This document shows, piece after piece, positions 9,520-18,915 of a DNA stretch of 64,000 bases; the first letter of the stretch is position 1; every line of letters starts with the position of its first letter. Under the pieces are notes generated by a model that made no database searches, was not told where the DNA came from, and was given only the letters and a program-made list of their open reading frames with translations. A program made the translations under genes and the position numbers. Source of the stretch: a virus; IMG/VR virus record IMGVR_UViG_3300037247_001314, positions 42,805 through 106,804 of that record; one strand, written 5' to 3'.

Positions 9520-9568
9520 GTGGAGGCCTCCGCGAAGTGCTTACCCCGAGGAGGCCTTCACGTCATCG

Positions 9569-9802
9569 TCAGGCTGCCAGCTTTTGCATAGCGCATCGAA
9601 TGTGATGGGGTAGGTGCGCGAGGGGTCGGCGGACGTCAAAGCCCGAGGCCACAGCGATATCGCGCAGGAGCGCCCCCATCGAGACTGCGTCCCGCTCAGC
9701 GTGATTCTTGTCCGCTTTGCTGTTGCTGGCCTCTGCCTGCGCTGAAGTGCAATGTGACCGCGCGCTTGCGAGGTCGGTCTTTAGCTTTTCGATTTGAGTC
9801 AT
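9569..9802 (-). CDS. Hypothetical coiled-coil protein
   Basis: ATG with GGGG SD. Confidence 0.5.
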   Translation of the reverse strand: MTQIEKLKTDLASARSHCTSAQAEASNSKADKNHAERDAVSMGALLRDIAVASGFDVRRPLAHLPHHIRCAMQKLAA

Positions 9803-10196
9803 GGCTTGCCCCCTTCTCTGCGGTTAGATGTCCAGACGAGTATATCGGTTCGGTCAACATCGTGCGGGCAACGCGAGACATGTCTCCCATTTCAAACGCC
9901 GCAACGCGCACGCTGTTAGACACCGGCGCACCTTCCAGACAGTTTTCGATTCGTTTCGCTTGGTCGCAAAGTGCATCGAGCACGACGCCAAGACGCTTTA
10001 GTCGCACCGCTGGGTCTTCGGGGAAATGCTGCGGGCCGTCCTCGAGCTTGGTCTCGTAGCCCATGCACGTGCCGCAACCTGGCTCAAAACAATACAGAGT
10101 ATGGTGGACGATACGGTAGAGTTCTTTCTCCCGCTTCGACAGCTGCGTTGGTGTCCGGCCCTGCTTCTTCTTTGCCATCCCAACAACCGTAGGCAT
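9696..10196 (-). CDS. Hypothetical protein
   Basis: GGAG SD; CFEPGCGTC cluster. Confidence 0.55.
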   Translation of the reverse strand: MPTVVGMAKKKQGRTPTQLSKREKELYRIVHHTLYCFEPGCGTCMGYETKLEDGPQHFPEDPAVRLKRLGVVLDALCDQAKRIENCLEGAPVSNSVRVAAFEMGDMSRVARTMLTEPIYSSGHLTAEKGASHDSNRKAKDRPRKRAVTLHFSAGRGQQQQSGQESR

Positions 10197-10226
10197 ATCT
10201 CCAGACAGACGTCCAGACCGGCCAGG

Positions 10227-10580
10227 CTATTCGGTAGGGATTTCGCCGTCTTCGTCCGGTCGATCGAGGCAGTTGAACGTCTTGTCGGAGAGCACACCGT
10301 TCTCGCTGGCAATGGGATTGTGGGCTTGCGCCGTCGCCGCTTTGCGCTTCTTTGGGCGCGGCTTGGGGGATGGGGCTTCGGGCGCATCGAGTTCTTCCAG
10401 ACGTTTTTCCAGATGGTCGCCCACCTCGCTGATGAGCCCGATAGTTCGTTCTAGCGCGTGCTTGGTGCCCTTCCCGCCACGGATGAAAAGCTCAACACCA
10501 ACCTTGCCCCCAACGATGAGCCCGTCGAAAAGCTTGTCCACTAGCGGATGTTCTTCGGTCTTTTTGTCGTCGTCAATCAT
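10227..10580 (-). CDS. Hypothetical protein
   Basis: ORF in gene run. Confidence 0.55.
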   Translation of the reverse strand: MIDDDKKTEEHPLVDKLFDGLIVGGKVGVELFIRGGKGTKHALERTIGLISEVGDHLEKRLEELDAPEAPSPKPRPKKRKAATAQAHNPIASENGVLSDKTFNCLDRPDEDGEIPTE

Positions 10581-10767
10581 CACTATCAAGTGTCCCTTCA
10601 ATGTTTTGGGCCTCCTCCCAAGTGTCGGCGAGCCCCCTGAGAGTTTTAGGGAGGGAGGCCATGTCACACTCAACGGCGGGCAGAAGCCCGCTAGACGTGG
10701 TCAACTGAATCGTCACCGGTCGTGGGTCTCTTGCGAGTTTGACTTCCTCGTCACTCGGCATCGTCAC
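10573..10767 (-). CDS. Hypothetical protein
   Basis: Short coupled ORF. Confidence 0.45.
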   Translation of the reverse strand: MTMPSDEEVKLARDPRPVTIQLTTSSGLLPAVECDMASLPKTLRGLADTWEEAQNIEGTLDSDD

Positions 10768-11254
10768 CGCCGCTCAGTTCAGCGCTCACCATGCCGCCAA
10801 AGGTTATTTTCTTTCCGCTCGCGTCATACGCATGCTCAATGATGCGCTTACCGGGGATGGCCACAAGACCGCCGCGCTTCGCTGCACCTTCGTACTGGGG
10901 AGCGGCCTCGTGTCCCGTGACGAGAGGGCCACCGTTGGCTAGCTGCGTAAGCTTATCATCCGTCACCGCCACCCCAGTGACGGGCGTAGCCTCGTCGCAC
11001 TCCTCTTTGGTGAGCACGCGGTTGAGGTATTCCTCTGCGATGCCGATGTGGCTCACCTCCATACCGAAAGATTCACCGTCTGGACGAATGCCGAGCTCCT
11101 CAACGCGCTCCTCAGCTTGGCGCACGTTGCCGGCCTGCACGATGACCACGCCGCGGAATACGTCGTTGTCCATGTAGCTCAGCCACCACAGCTGTGCGCC
11201 GGTGACGTAGCCCGCTGCCGGTTTGTCGCTACCAACGTCGATCGTTTTAGCCAT
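10751..11254 (-). CDS. Hypothetical protein
   Basis: LWWLSY...FRGVVIVQA core. Confidence 0.6.
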   Translation of the reverse strand: MAKTIDVGSDKPAAGYVTGAQLWWLSYMDNDVFRGVVIVQAGNVRQAEERVEELGIRPDGESFGMEVSHIGIAEEYLNRVLTKEECDEATPVTGVAVTDDKLTQLANGGPLVTGHEAAPQYEGAAKRGGLVAIPGKRIIEHAYDASGKKITFGGMVSAELSGGDDAE

Positions 11255-11807
11255 CGCTGATAACCTTATTGGCGTCTGGAAGTTGTTCGCCTGCGATGCC
11301 CACCACTGACTCCAACTCGTCAACAGGGATCTCAGCCCCCTGGCGGTGGTGGTCCGCATCGAACCACTGGACGGCGACAATGGGCGAGTCATACTTCAAC
11401 CAGACAATCGTCATCAGCTGTGCGCTGGTTTTGCGTTTCACGGTCGTGCCGATACGAAATCGATTACCAAAGGTTGTAAAGCTGTCAGCGTGCATGTCCC
11501 GGCGTTCGCGCGCGCGGTTGAGTTCGATGCTCGCCTCCGTGACCACTTTGTCGCTGAGGAACTTGAATCGAGGAACTTCAGTGCCGTCATCCAACACAAC
11601 CAGCTCGTTAAACTCTTCCTCGCTGCGCACCCACCACCGACCTTGCTCGTACAAACGCCCCTCTGCGGTTTGCTGACTTTCTTCCACAGCCAAATAAATA
11701 ATGACGGGGGTTCCCTCCCGCCCATTGGTAGCGTCGTCGGCACCCGCCAGCACTCGATACTGTCCGCCTTTGTAGTGTTCGTATAGACCGGCTTTCGTTT
11801 TAACCAT
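11247..11807 (-). CDS. DUF1653-like plus YodC/DUF2158-like fusion protein
   Basis: GLYEHYKGGQYRV...WVRSEEEFNE...PRF; C-terminal FRIGTTVKRKTSAQLMTI...QWFD. Confidence 0.7.
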   Translation of the reverse strand: MVKTKAGLYEHYKGGQYRVLAGADDATNGREGTPVIIYLAVEESQQTAEGRLYEQGRWWVRSEEEFNELVVLDDGTEVPRFKFLSDKVVTEASIELNRARERRDMHADSFTTFGNRFRIGTTVKRKTSAQLMTIVWLKYDSPIVAVQWFDADHHRQGAEIPVDELESVVGIAGEQLPDANKVISDG

Positions 11808-12297
11808 CGCTGCCAACTCCGCTGCGATGTGGGCCCGGGAGGCGGCTGTAATAGCAACCCCCGTCGTGGTCCTTCGCAAGTCGACAACGAAGCTCAGGCG
11901 CGTCTGGATAATGTTTTGAGCAGAGGACCTTTGTTGGAGCGGGCGGCTCAATCTTAGACTTAGCGTCGATGAGGCTGGGGGTCGTAAGGTCGATGGTCCC
12001 GTCTGTGTGTCTCACGCCTTTAAGCGCAAGGGCTAGGCCCGCGAGTGTGTTGGCTGCTGCATTTGCTCTCGGCGTATCGAAAAATGAAAACTCGACTACA
12101 GCCGCATCGCCCTCCATCTCGACAGCGTGAACGTAGCCGACGATGTCTTCGACTTTCTGGCTGAAGTCCAACGTCACGTAGAGCCTATCCACGTTGGCGC
12201 GCTCCACCATCGAAGCAATAGCCTCACGAGTGAAAACGTCCTGCCCGTCGTCACCGGCACGAATGAGTTCCATGCGATGTTTCACTCTCTCAGCCAT
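11800..12297 (-). CDS. Hypothetical protein, weakly prohead-protease-like
   Basis: VFTREAI...LDFS...IVGYV...FFDTP. Confidence 0.5.
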   Translation of the reverse strand: MAERVKHRMELIRAGDDGQDVFTREAIASMVERANVDRLYVTLDFSQKVEDIVGYVHAVEMEGDAAVVEFSFFDTPRANAAANTLAGLALALKGVRHTDGTIDLTTPSLIDAKSKIEPPAPTKVLCSKHYPDAPELRCRLAKDHDGGCYYSRLPGPHRSGVGSDG

Positions 12298-12682
12298 CAC
12301 TTTTCTCCTCGTCGGTGTCTGGAAGTTTTCGGAGGGCAATAGCTGCGTTGCGGCTATGCGAAGCGGACACCGGTAGCCCGCCAGCTGTAACAGCATCTGC
12401 GTGGTTGTCTAACCACCTCGCGCAGCGCTCCCGTTCGCCCGCCCTAATCGCTGCGCCGTCGTCAAACGCTCGCTGCACCTTTGCAGCGTTGAGCGTCTTC
12501 GTCTTTTCGCCCAGTCGCCTGAGTGTATCGTCTCGACTGGTGTTCGCATCAGCAAGGTCAGCGCGCGCTTTCGCGAGTCGCGTGAGAAGTTCTCGAGCGA
12601 AATCAGTTGAGGCGCCAGGCAAAAGGCTTTGTAGCCGCATGCGCGCTGCCTTTATCACCGCGTCCTCGTAGTCAGCTGGCAT
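12290..12682 (-). CDS. Hypothetical protein
   Basis: GERERCARWL motif, coupled ORF. Confidence 0.55.
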   Translation of the reverse strand: MPADYEDAVIKAARMRLQSLLPGASTDFARELLTRLAKARADLADANTSRDDTLRRLGEKTKTLNAAKVQRAFDDGAAIRAGERERCARWLDNHADAVTAGGLPVSASHSRNAAIALRKLPDTDEEKSDG

Positions 12683-13208
12683 CAGACTTCTCTTCGTGCT
12701 TCGCGATAGCCCATATCTCGTCGATGAGCGCATGCAGTTTAGCGGTTGCTGGGTGCCCCTCGGGGAACACCGCTTGGCGCAATAGCTGGATGCCGTCAAC
12801 GATAGCACCGTGCGGCTTGCCGTTGCGCCCCTTGTCCCTCGTGTCTTCCAGGCTACTCAACGGGGTGCCGTGCTCGTCGACGTCGCTGTAGCAACCGACG
12901 CGGATGCCCTTGACCAGCTCGGCAAAGCACTTTGGGCAGAAGTCCCACTCCCACTCGCCGAAGGCTTGAAAGAGCAGCGGGTTCTCGGGGTCATCGCGGT
13001 TGATGGCCGAAAGCCCGCTGCGTTGCCGCACTGTTGTTGTCTGGAAGCCGACACCAGGGCGGACCTTGCCTTCCTCGTCATCGTCGGGGACGGACCAGCT
13101 CTGCCCGTGCCTTGGGACGTCACGCCCGCCTCGGTCCTCCGTCCTACACTTGTCGCAGACAAGCCCGATGGTGGGGCATTGCGGGTGTTCGCGATTGAGG
13201 AGTTTCAC
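12672..13208 (-). CDS. Zinc-ribbon hypothetical protein
   Basis: CDKC...DFCPKC. Confidence 0.55.
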   Translation of the reverse strand: MKLLNREHPQCPTIGLVCDKCRTEDRGGRDVPRHGQSWSVPDDDEEGKVRPGVGFQTTTVRQRSGLSAINRDDPENPLLFQAFGEWEWDFCPKCFAELVKGIRVGCYSDVDEHGTPLSSLEDTRDKGRNGKPHGAIVDGIQLLRQAVFPEGHPATAKLHALIDEIWAIAKHEEKSDAS

Positions 13209-13429
13209 GCGGAAGCTTTCTCAAGCTGTCTTACGAAGGCACGGAAGGGGGCCGGGTCATGCCCCTTGAAGTTTGGCGACGTCTCCATCGTGTGCAGCAG
13301 CTCCTTAGCTGCCTTGAGGAAGGCACCCTTGTACGGATGACGTCGGAGCAAGTTGCGGACGGTCATCGGATAGGTCGAGGGTGCGGGGACACCGAAGGCT
13401 TCGGTGGGTAGTTCGGACGCGTGAACCAT
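13205..13429 (-). CDS. Hypothetical protein
   Basis: Short coupled ORF. Confidence 0.5.
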   Translation of the reverse strand: MVHASELPTEAFGVPAPSTYPMTVRNLLRRHPYKGAFLKAAKELLHTMETSPNFKGHDPAPFRAFVRQLEKASA

Positions 13430-13432
13430 GTC

Positions 13433-13936
13433 TCAGCCCCCAAACACACGACGGCTAAGAAGATTGCGAACGGTGGAGAGCGCGTGTGCACCTTCCGACC
13501 CCTCAGGAAAACGGCCGCCGTTCGCCACAGCATCGAGTTCAGCAAACACGTCTTTCTCGACGGTAGCGAGCTTCTCCTTAAGCTCTTTTATCCGGGCAAC
13601 AGCGGCGAGCGCTGGGTCTTCGAGGTTCTCTCCCCGACAACCCACTAAAAACAGGTCAGCGTTGGCGAGCTTGACTGCTGTGACCTGGCGATCGAGAGCA
13701 TCCCGCTCTTCGCTGGCCTCGTCTGGACGCTTCAAAACCACAGTATTGTCTGGAAACGATTTTTCGCAAAGAGCGTCTTGCTCAGCCCGGTGCGCGTTAG
13801 TCGCCGTCTGCACTTCGCCGGGGAGATCGTCAGTGCCCCAACAGTTGGGCAGCACTTTCGTCCAACAAATGCCCTTTTTCGAGACGAGCGTGGCGCCGAC
13901 AGGGGCAGCTTCGAGTTCTTCGACGGAGTAGCTCAT
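13433..13936 (-). CDS. Hypothetical protein
   Basis: ATGA overlap with upstream gene. Confidence 0.6.
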   Translation of the reverse strand: MSYSVEELEAAPVGATLVSKKGICWTKVLPNCWGTDDLPGEVQTATNAHRAEQDALCEKSFPDNTVVLKRPDEASEERDALDRQVTAVKLANADLFLVGCRGENLEDPALAAVARIKELKEKLATVEKDVFAELDAVANGGRFPEGSEGAHALSTVRNLLSRRVFGG

Positions 13937-14370
13937 GACGGCTTTCCCTTGCGTTCCAGACGGAGCTTATCATTGGAATCCCGCAGCAGGGCGTTGGACT
14001 CCTGTATGTCGTCAATCTTGGCCTGCAGGTTTCCGTTGGCCTCGCGAAGTTTATCCTTGTCGGCGCATACGCTCCGCAGGCTCTCCTCAGTACGATCGTG
14101 ATTCGCTTGGAGCGCGGCTTGTGCCTCGAAAAGCTCGTTGTACGCTTTTTGCAAATGAGAGGCTTCAGCCTCGGCGGCCCTGTCCTCGGGAGGCAACACA
14201 CCGGCTTGCTCCAGCAATGCCCCAATGTCCAGACGCTGCACCTCGTCGGCCATGCGGTCTTTGCCTAGCCGTCGGAGCTCGTCAGCTATGACGTCACGGT
14301 ACCGGTCCGCCAGCTGCTTCAGTTCGGACACCATCACGCGGGCGAGTCGTTCATTCATCTTTTCGGTCAT
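13933..14370 (-). CDS. Coiled-coil hypothetical protein
   Basis: AGGAG SD, heptad-rich C-terminus. Confidence 0.6.
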   Translation of the reverse strand: MTEKMNERLARVMVSELKQLADRYRDVIADELRRLGKDRMADEVQRLDIGALLEQAGVLPPEDRAAEAEASHLQKAYNELFEAQAALQANHDRTEESLRSVCADKDKLREANGNLQAKIDDIQESNALLRDSNDKLRLERKGKPS

Positions 14371-15028
14371 CGGATTCTCCTTGGTTGGGTGTCGCTGCTT
14401 CTACATCTTCCAGAGCTGCTTCGGCAGCTTCCAGATAGGCAGAACCCTCGTGAACCACGCCGGATACGCTCGGGGCAGCAGGTTCGGCCTCAGCCTTAGC
14501 ACTCACCCGACTCGCGGCTTTCTCCCACAACAAACGGCTGACATTGTGCCGTCGCTGACGAGAAGCCCCCGAATCTTTCTCGATAGCGTGCAAAGCCTGC
14601 TCCACCATTGCAGACTGTTCCAGACAAATCGCGAGATCGGTAGCTGCACGCTCAGGATTACGTTCAGCGTCATCGGACCGCAACACTGCGTCGACGCGGG
14701 TCACAGCTTCCGCGACTGCACCAACGAGGCCACGCTGGTTGTAGGTCATGCCCTTCAGCATATCTTCGACGTCAGCATGGGGGTGCCCAGGGCGAACGGG
14801 CACTTGCTCCGTGATGTTGCCACCAAACGTAGTCACTTGCGCGCCGTCCTCGACGAGCGAAGTCATCTGCATGCGGATAGTGCTGGCCGCGTCCGCAAAA
14901 TCGTCGGCGTGCTCTCTCTCGTACGCTGATGGGTCTGGATTCATAACTAAGCATCGCGCAAGTGAGTTAGCTAGGTATTCCAGATACTCAGCGACTTCGG
15001 CCAAAGTTTCGCGGCTTGGTTTTTTCAT
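14351..15028 (-). CDS. Hypothetical protein
   Basis: ATGA overlap; 225 aa. Confidence 0.6.
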   Translation of the reverse strand: MKKPSRETLAEVAEYLEYLANSLARCLVMNPDPSAYEREHADDFADAASTIRMQMTSLVEDGAQVTTFGGNITEQVPVRPGHPHADVEDMLKGMTYNQRGLVGAVAEAVTRVDAVLRSDDAERNPERAATDLAICLEQSAMVEQALHAIEKDSGASRQRRHNVSRLLWEKAASRVSAKAEAEPAAPSVSGVVHEGSAYLEAAEAALEDVEAATPNQGESDDRKDE

Positions 15029-15672
15029 TCGGGCTGTCCTTTGAGGTCTGCGAGATAGCCGGCCAAGCGGCGCCTCTCAACGTTTCCTAGTTCCAGACGT
15101 TGCACATCCGGCTTCGGTGGGGAAGGGGGCAATGTGCCTCCTGCCATAATAGGAACGAAGGCCCGGCCATGGCGCTTACTCAGCTCTCGAATAGCAGCCT
15201 CAACTGTCTGGAAAGCTATCTGCCCGCAAAGCATCGTCTGCCACAGCTGCCATTGCTCCTCGATGCCTTTGTTATTGCGTAGCACCACGGGCAGGCAGTC
15301 GCCCAACATCTTGAGCTCGCCCTTGTTCGGGTTGCGGCTCCATATCTCGAAGCGGCCGGGGATGCGCTCCGAGGTCTTCATGAGCGCGGTGCTGCCCTTG
15401 AACTCACGGCGCATCGCTGCGTCTGGAAAACGAAAGCCGAGCTCCAGCTTGCCATGCCTCCAGAGGACGTAGCGAAGCCGGCTCTGGCGCTGCATGTCTG
15501 GAGGTCGTGGGCGGAGGTAGATGTCCTCGTCGCCTACCGCATCGTCATACACTTGCTCTGCGACTGTCTCGCCTGCAGGGCCGTAGATTTCGTCAGCCTC
15601 GACCACGTTGCGTCTGGAATGCCACTGGCCGTGGCTCATGACGAGAATGAGTTCTTTGCCGTCGTCAGCCAT
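15025..15672 (-). CDS. Hypothetical protein
   Basis: Start placed at 15672 to avoid a long overlap. Confidence 0.55.
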   Translation of the reverse strand: MADDGKELILVMSHGQWHSRRNVVEADEIYGPAGETVAEQVYDDAVGDEDIYLRPRPPDMQRQSRLRYVLWRHGKLELGFRFPDAAMRREFKGSTALMKTSERIPGRFEIWSRNPNKGELKMLGDCLPVVLRNNKGIEEQWQLWQTMLCGQIAFQTVEAAIRELSKRHGRAFVPIMAGGTLPPSPPKPDVQRLELGNVERRRLAGYLADLKGQPE

Positions 15673-16147
15673 CAAAGCCCCTTCGTCTACCCCACTCGTC
15701 GCGTGGGTCGCGCATCTCTTCCAGTTGTCGGGCAAAATCATCTGCGCGAGCTCGCTGCTCGTCGTGCTTTCTAACCAAGCTAATGACGGCAGCGCGCCTG
15801 CGCTCGCTGATAGGCCATTCGCCCACATCGCGAACGGTAGAGGCCACGACAGCCTCCGACACAGGACTGAGCCGTGCGATGCAGGTTTCCAGTCGCCGAC
15901 GTTCACGCGTAGCCCAGTTCAGCTGCGCTTTAACAGCTTTGCGCTCCTCATCGGCTTGAGTGTAGAGCGCGCGGTGAACGAGCGCAGTTTTCTCGCTCAG
16001 GTGACTGTCCTTCAACTCGTCGCGCTCTTTGCATACATTCTTGTAGAGCTGCTCCATCTCCGCTGCGTCTTCGCGTATCTGAGCGGCCTCCTCTTTCGAT
16101 ATTGAAGAATCGCATGTCGGGCAACAGCCTTGGTCGTCGTCAGTCAT
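15665..16147 (-). CDS. Hypothetical protein (CxxC plus coiled coil)
   Basis: CPTC at N-terminus. Confidence 0.5.
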   Translation of the reverse strand: MTDDDQGCCPTCDSSISKEEAAQIREDAAEMEQLYKNVCKERDELKDSHLSEKTALVHRALYTQADEERKAVKAQLNWATRERRRLETCIARLSPVSEAVVASTVRDVGEWPISERRRAAVISLVRKHDEQRARADDFARQLEEMRDPRDEWGRRRGFDG

Positions 16148-16385
16148 CCGTAAAGTTCTTCTCGCTGAGCTTTTTCCAATCGTCCTCGTTGCCGTGAGCG
16201 AGGAGAAAGTTGTGCTTCATGGTTTCCAGTTGCTGGCGATAATCAGGCAAACCAACAGGCGGGTCGGCCACGGACAAACGAAAGCCCCCAGTGGTCACAG
16301 CGGACGCACCGATTTCAGCCATGTGTTCACCAGCGGCGACGATCTTTGCCTCTAGTTCTGGATGTTGTTTCGTATAGTCAACCAT
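16140..16385 (-). CDS. Hypothetical protein
   Basis: GGGAG SD. Confidence 0.55.
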   Translation of the reverse strand: MVDYTKQHPELEAKIVAAGEHMAEIGASAVTTGGFRLSVADPPVGLPDYRQQLETMKHNFLLAHGNEDDWKKLSEKNFTDD

Positions 16386-16581
16386 TGCTCTCCCTAGCGG
16401 TCACCTGTCGGTTCCCATCACGTCTGCGGTTGTATCGACGTCGTCGCAGCGAGGTGGCTACGAGGTCAGCGTTAAATCGCCCGCTGTGGATGCCTAGCAG
16501 CAACACACAGGCAGCATCCCATTGCGTGTCGTCGAGGTCGACGAGCTTGGTATCGGTGGTGGTTCGTATCTGCGCCTTCAT
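16378..16581 (-). CDS. Hypothetical protein
   Basis: ATGA overlap. Confidence 0.5.
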   Translation of the reverse strand: MKAQIRTTTDTKLVDLDDTQWDAACVLLLGIHSGRFNADLVATSLRRRRYNRRRDGNRQVTARESNG

Positions 16582-16763
16582 GTCGTCTCGTCGTCATCCT
16601 CTGTAAAGGCAAACTCAATGCGGCGCAGACTCGATTGGTTCTCCTTGTTGACCAACCCAAGTAACCGGTCGACGAGTTCTGGCGGAACATCTCCGTGGGC
16701 GAGAGGAGCTAGCGGAAGATATTTATTTGCTTGTTGGCGGTACAGAGTCGCTCGACATTTCAC
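16578..16763 (-). CDS. Hypothetical protein
   Basis: GTGA overlap. Confidence 0.45.
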   Translation of the reverse strand: MKCRATLYRQQANKYLPLAPLAHGDVPPELVDRLLGLVNKENQSSLRRIEFAFTEDDDETT

Positions 16764-17140
16764 AGCGCACCTCGCTCGACCAGGAGCTCGCGCACCTTCA
16801 CCCAGTCGACGTAGGGCCGCGGAGCATCGTGCTTCAACGGACAGCCAAGTGCTGCATCGTCGATGTAAATCTGCGCATAGGCTTTAGGTGACGTCGTCCA
16901 ATCCTGCGCAGGGTTCCGCTGAACGCCGTAGAGCGGGATGTCGTTTGCTGCGTACCAGTTGACTGCGTCTTGTAGCTTCTCATCGCAGCGCATTGTCCAC
17001 AGAATGAGCCCGTGCCCAGCGGCGACGAGTTCTTTCTGCACCTCAACAGCACCGGGGAGTGTGCCACCGACGTTGGGATACTCGTGATAAACGCAGGTGC
17101 CGTCAAAGTCGACGCAGATGTTGAGGGACATTGCTTTCAT
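16760..17140 (-). CDS. HAD-superfamily (BT0820-like) phosphatase
   Basis: ICVDFDGTCV, ILWTMR, SPKAYAQIYIDD. Confidence 0.85.
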   Translation of the reverse strand: MKAMSLNICVDFDGTCVYHEYPNVGGTLPGAVEVQKELVAAGHGLILWTMRCDEKLQDAVNWYAANDIPLYGVQRNPAQDWTTSPKAYAQIYIDDAALGCPLKHDAPRPYVDWVKVRELLVERGAL

Positions 17141-17347
17141 TTAGTTTTTCTCGACGCGAAGGTTAAAAGGTTCGCCGCAATCAATCTCACCGGAATGACA
17201 CCACTCCTCGTCTGGCTTCCCATCGTTGCCCTCAAGCCCCTGTAGGGGCCGGTCCTCTGCGAGCTCGATCGCTTTCGCTTTTGTGGGCGCCTCGACGTGG
17301 GTGTGCAGCGAGATTGTACCGAGTGCGGCCACTACAAACTTAGGCAT
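17141..17347 (-). CDS. Hypothetical protein
   Basis: Short coupled ORF. Confidence 0.5.
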   Translation of the reverse strand: MPKFVVAALGTISLHTHVEAPTKAKAIELAEDRPLQGLEGNDGKPDEEWCHSGEIDCGEPFNLRVEKN

Positions 17348-17972
17348 TCGTCAGCTCGCCGACGTCGTCAAACACAACGGGGATACGACTCCGAAACTCG
17401 GCCAGCATAGGGCGCGTTATTTCGCGAAGCTGTGGGTGAGCTGTGTCGGGTGTGCGCATCTTGAAAAAGTGCCGCCACTCGCGCAAGTTCGCGGTCATCA
17501 CGATTTCGGTCTTGAGGCTGTTGGGCAAGACCGAACGAGCCATCTGTGGGCTGGCACCTGCATCGAGCATCTGGAAGTAAATCGACTCCGCAAACAACAC
17601 CCCCGCCCGCCAGGCCTCAAATGTCACCTCGTCCACATGTGGTCGCGGATCGATGACGGTGATTTCCCGACCGAACTTGTTCTTGGTGTAGTTGCAGTAG
17701 CGCGTCGACTCCTGCGAGTAGGACGCAAGACGATGACGCACAATCTCGTGAGAGATGCCGCGGTCGCAGATGATCCGCACGCTCGCGGACTCATGTTCGA
17801 TGACCGTCTCGTGGCCGCGCTTGAGCACCATGGCCACAAACTTCTGCGAACTGTCATCCGTGATTTTGTCCTCGGACTTGTAACAAGTTCGCCCAGCCAG
17901 CTCGATGCGACGCAGCATCTCGTAGCCGTTGATAAGTGACACAATCTCGTAGGATGACTTAACGATTTTCAT
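17340..17972 (-). CDS. thyX: FAD-dependent thymidylate synthase
   Basis: GHETVIEH, SHEIVRHRLASYSQESTRYC, ARSVLPNS, NLREWRHF, AHPQLR. Confidence 0.95.
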   Translation of the reverse strand: MKIVKSSYEIVSLINGYEMLRRIELAGRTCYKSEDKITDDSSQKFVAMVLKRGHETVIEHESASVRIICDRGISHEIVRHRLASYSQESTRYCNYTKNKFGREITVIDPRPHVDEVTFEAWRAGVLFAESIYFQMLDAGASPQMARSVLPNSLKTEIVMTANLREWRHFFKMRTPDTAHPQLREITRPMLAEFRSRIPVVFDDVGELTNA

Positions 17973-18565
17973 GATTCTGGTTCCTTGTCGTCGAGGACGT
18001 ACGCAACAGCTGCAAGACGCGTAGCAGTGGTTGTGCCCTCGGGGTTGCAATGAGCGAGCGTGCTCAAGACGATAGCCTCGTCATGTTTGCGCGCAAGGCC
18101 ATCGGTGCTCGCTTCCTCTATTTTCGCCACGATCGCGTCAATCTTTTCGCGACACTCATCTGCGTCCCTCCAACAGGCTCGTACACGAGAGTGGTGGCTG
18201 TAGCCTTCGCGGGCCAGCGATCTCAGTTTTGGAAGCAGCTCTCGAACGCGAGCCAGTTGAGCAGCGAGCTCAGCGTGCGCGTCACCAAGAGCAGAGACAA
18301 GGTTCGCAGGATCGCGAGCCTGGTCGTCGAAAGGAACGCCGAGGTGTTCCTCCACGCTCTGCCGAAGTGCCAGCACCACCTCGTCCTCTTGGGGCACATC
18401 ACCCCACTCTGTGCGACGCGTGAAGCTCGGCTGTGAATGGATTTCGTCGTCTAGAGCATATTGCGCCATTGTCACCAAAGCGCACGCTGCACAGAACTCA
18501 GTAGCGTCTCCACACCAAACGACTGTAACTTTCGCTTCGTCTGGACAATCTTCACATTTAGCCAT
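17969..18565 (-). CDS. Hypothetical protein with N-terminal CxxC...CxxC
   Basis: CEDC...FCAAC; AGGA SD. Confidence 0.55.
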   Translation of the reverse strand: MAKCEDCPDEAKVTVVWCGDATEFCAACALVTMAQYALDDEIHSQPSFTRRTEWGDVPQEDEVVLALRQSVEEHLGVPFDDQARDPANLVSALGDAHAELAAQLARVRELLPKLRSLAREGYSHHSRVRACWRDADECREKIDAIVAKIEEASTDGLARKHDEAIVLSTLAHCNPEGTTTATRLAAVAYVLDDKEPES

Positions 18566-18567
18566 CG

Positions 18568-18915
18568 TTATTTCCTTTCAGGCCCAACGTGGAAGTCGCA
18601 ATCGCCAGCTTCGTCTGGACAGTCTTCCCCCGAAGTGCATTTGGATTTGTAGCCGGACGTGCAGCCCGGATCGATTTCGTCGCAAGGCGCGAGGTCGGAA
18701 AGCAGACAAGCGCACTCCCCGTCCCTGTAGAGGCCGTCGAAGCCGTTAGCCTTGAGGTACGCGCCAGCCATCCCAACGACAGTTAGCGCTTTCGGTTTCT
18801 TGTCACCGTTGGCTGGCGCGTACTTGGCCAACTTCTTCGCCAGGTTCACGGATATCTTCCGCTGAGCGTCGAGGTCAGCGAGAGCCTGCGTCAGTCGCTC
18901 TAGGGTGGTGCTCAC
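18568..18915 (-). CDS. Cys-rich hypothetical phage protein
   Basis: YLKANGFDGLY...ECAC...APC...C...C. Confidence 0.6.
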   Translation of the reverse strand: MSTTLERLTQALADLDAQRKISVNLAKKLAKYAPANGDKKPKALTVVGMAGAYLKANGFDGLYRDGECACLLSDLAPCDEIDPGCTSGYKSKCTSGEDCPDEAGDCDFHVGPERK

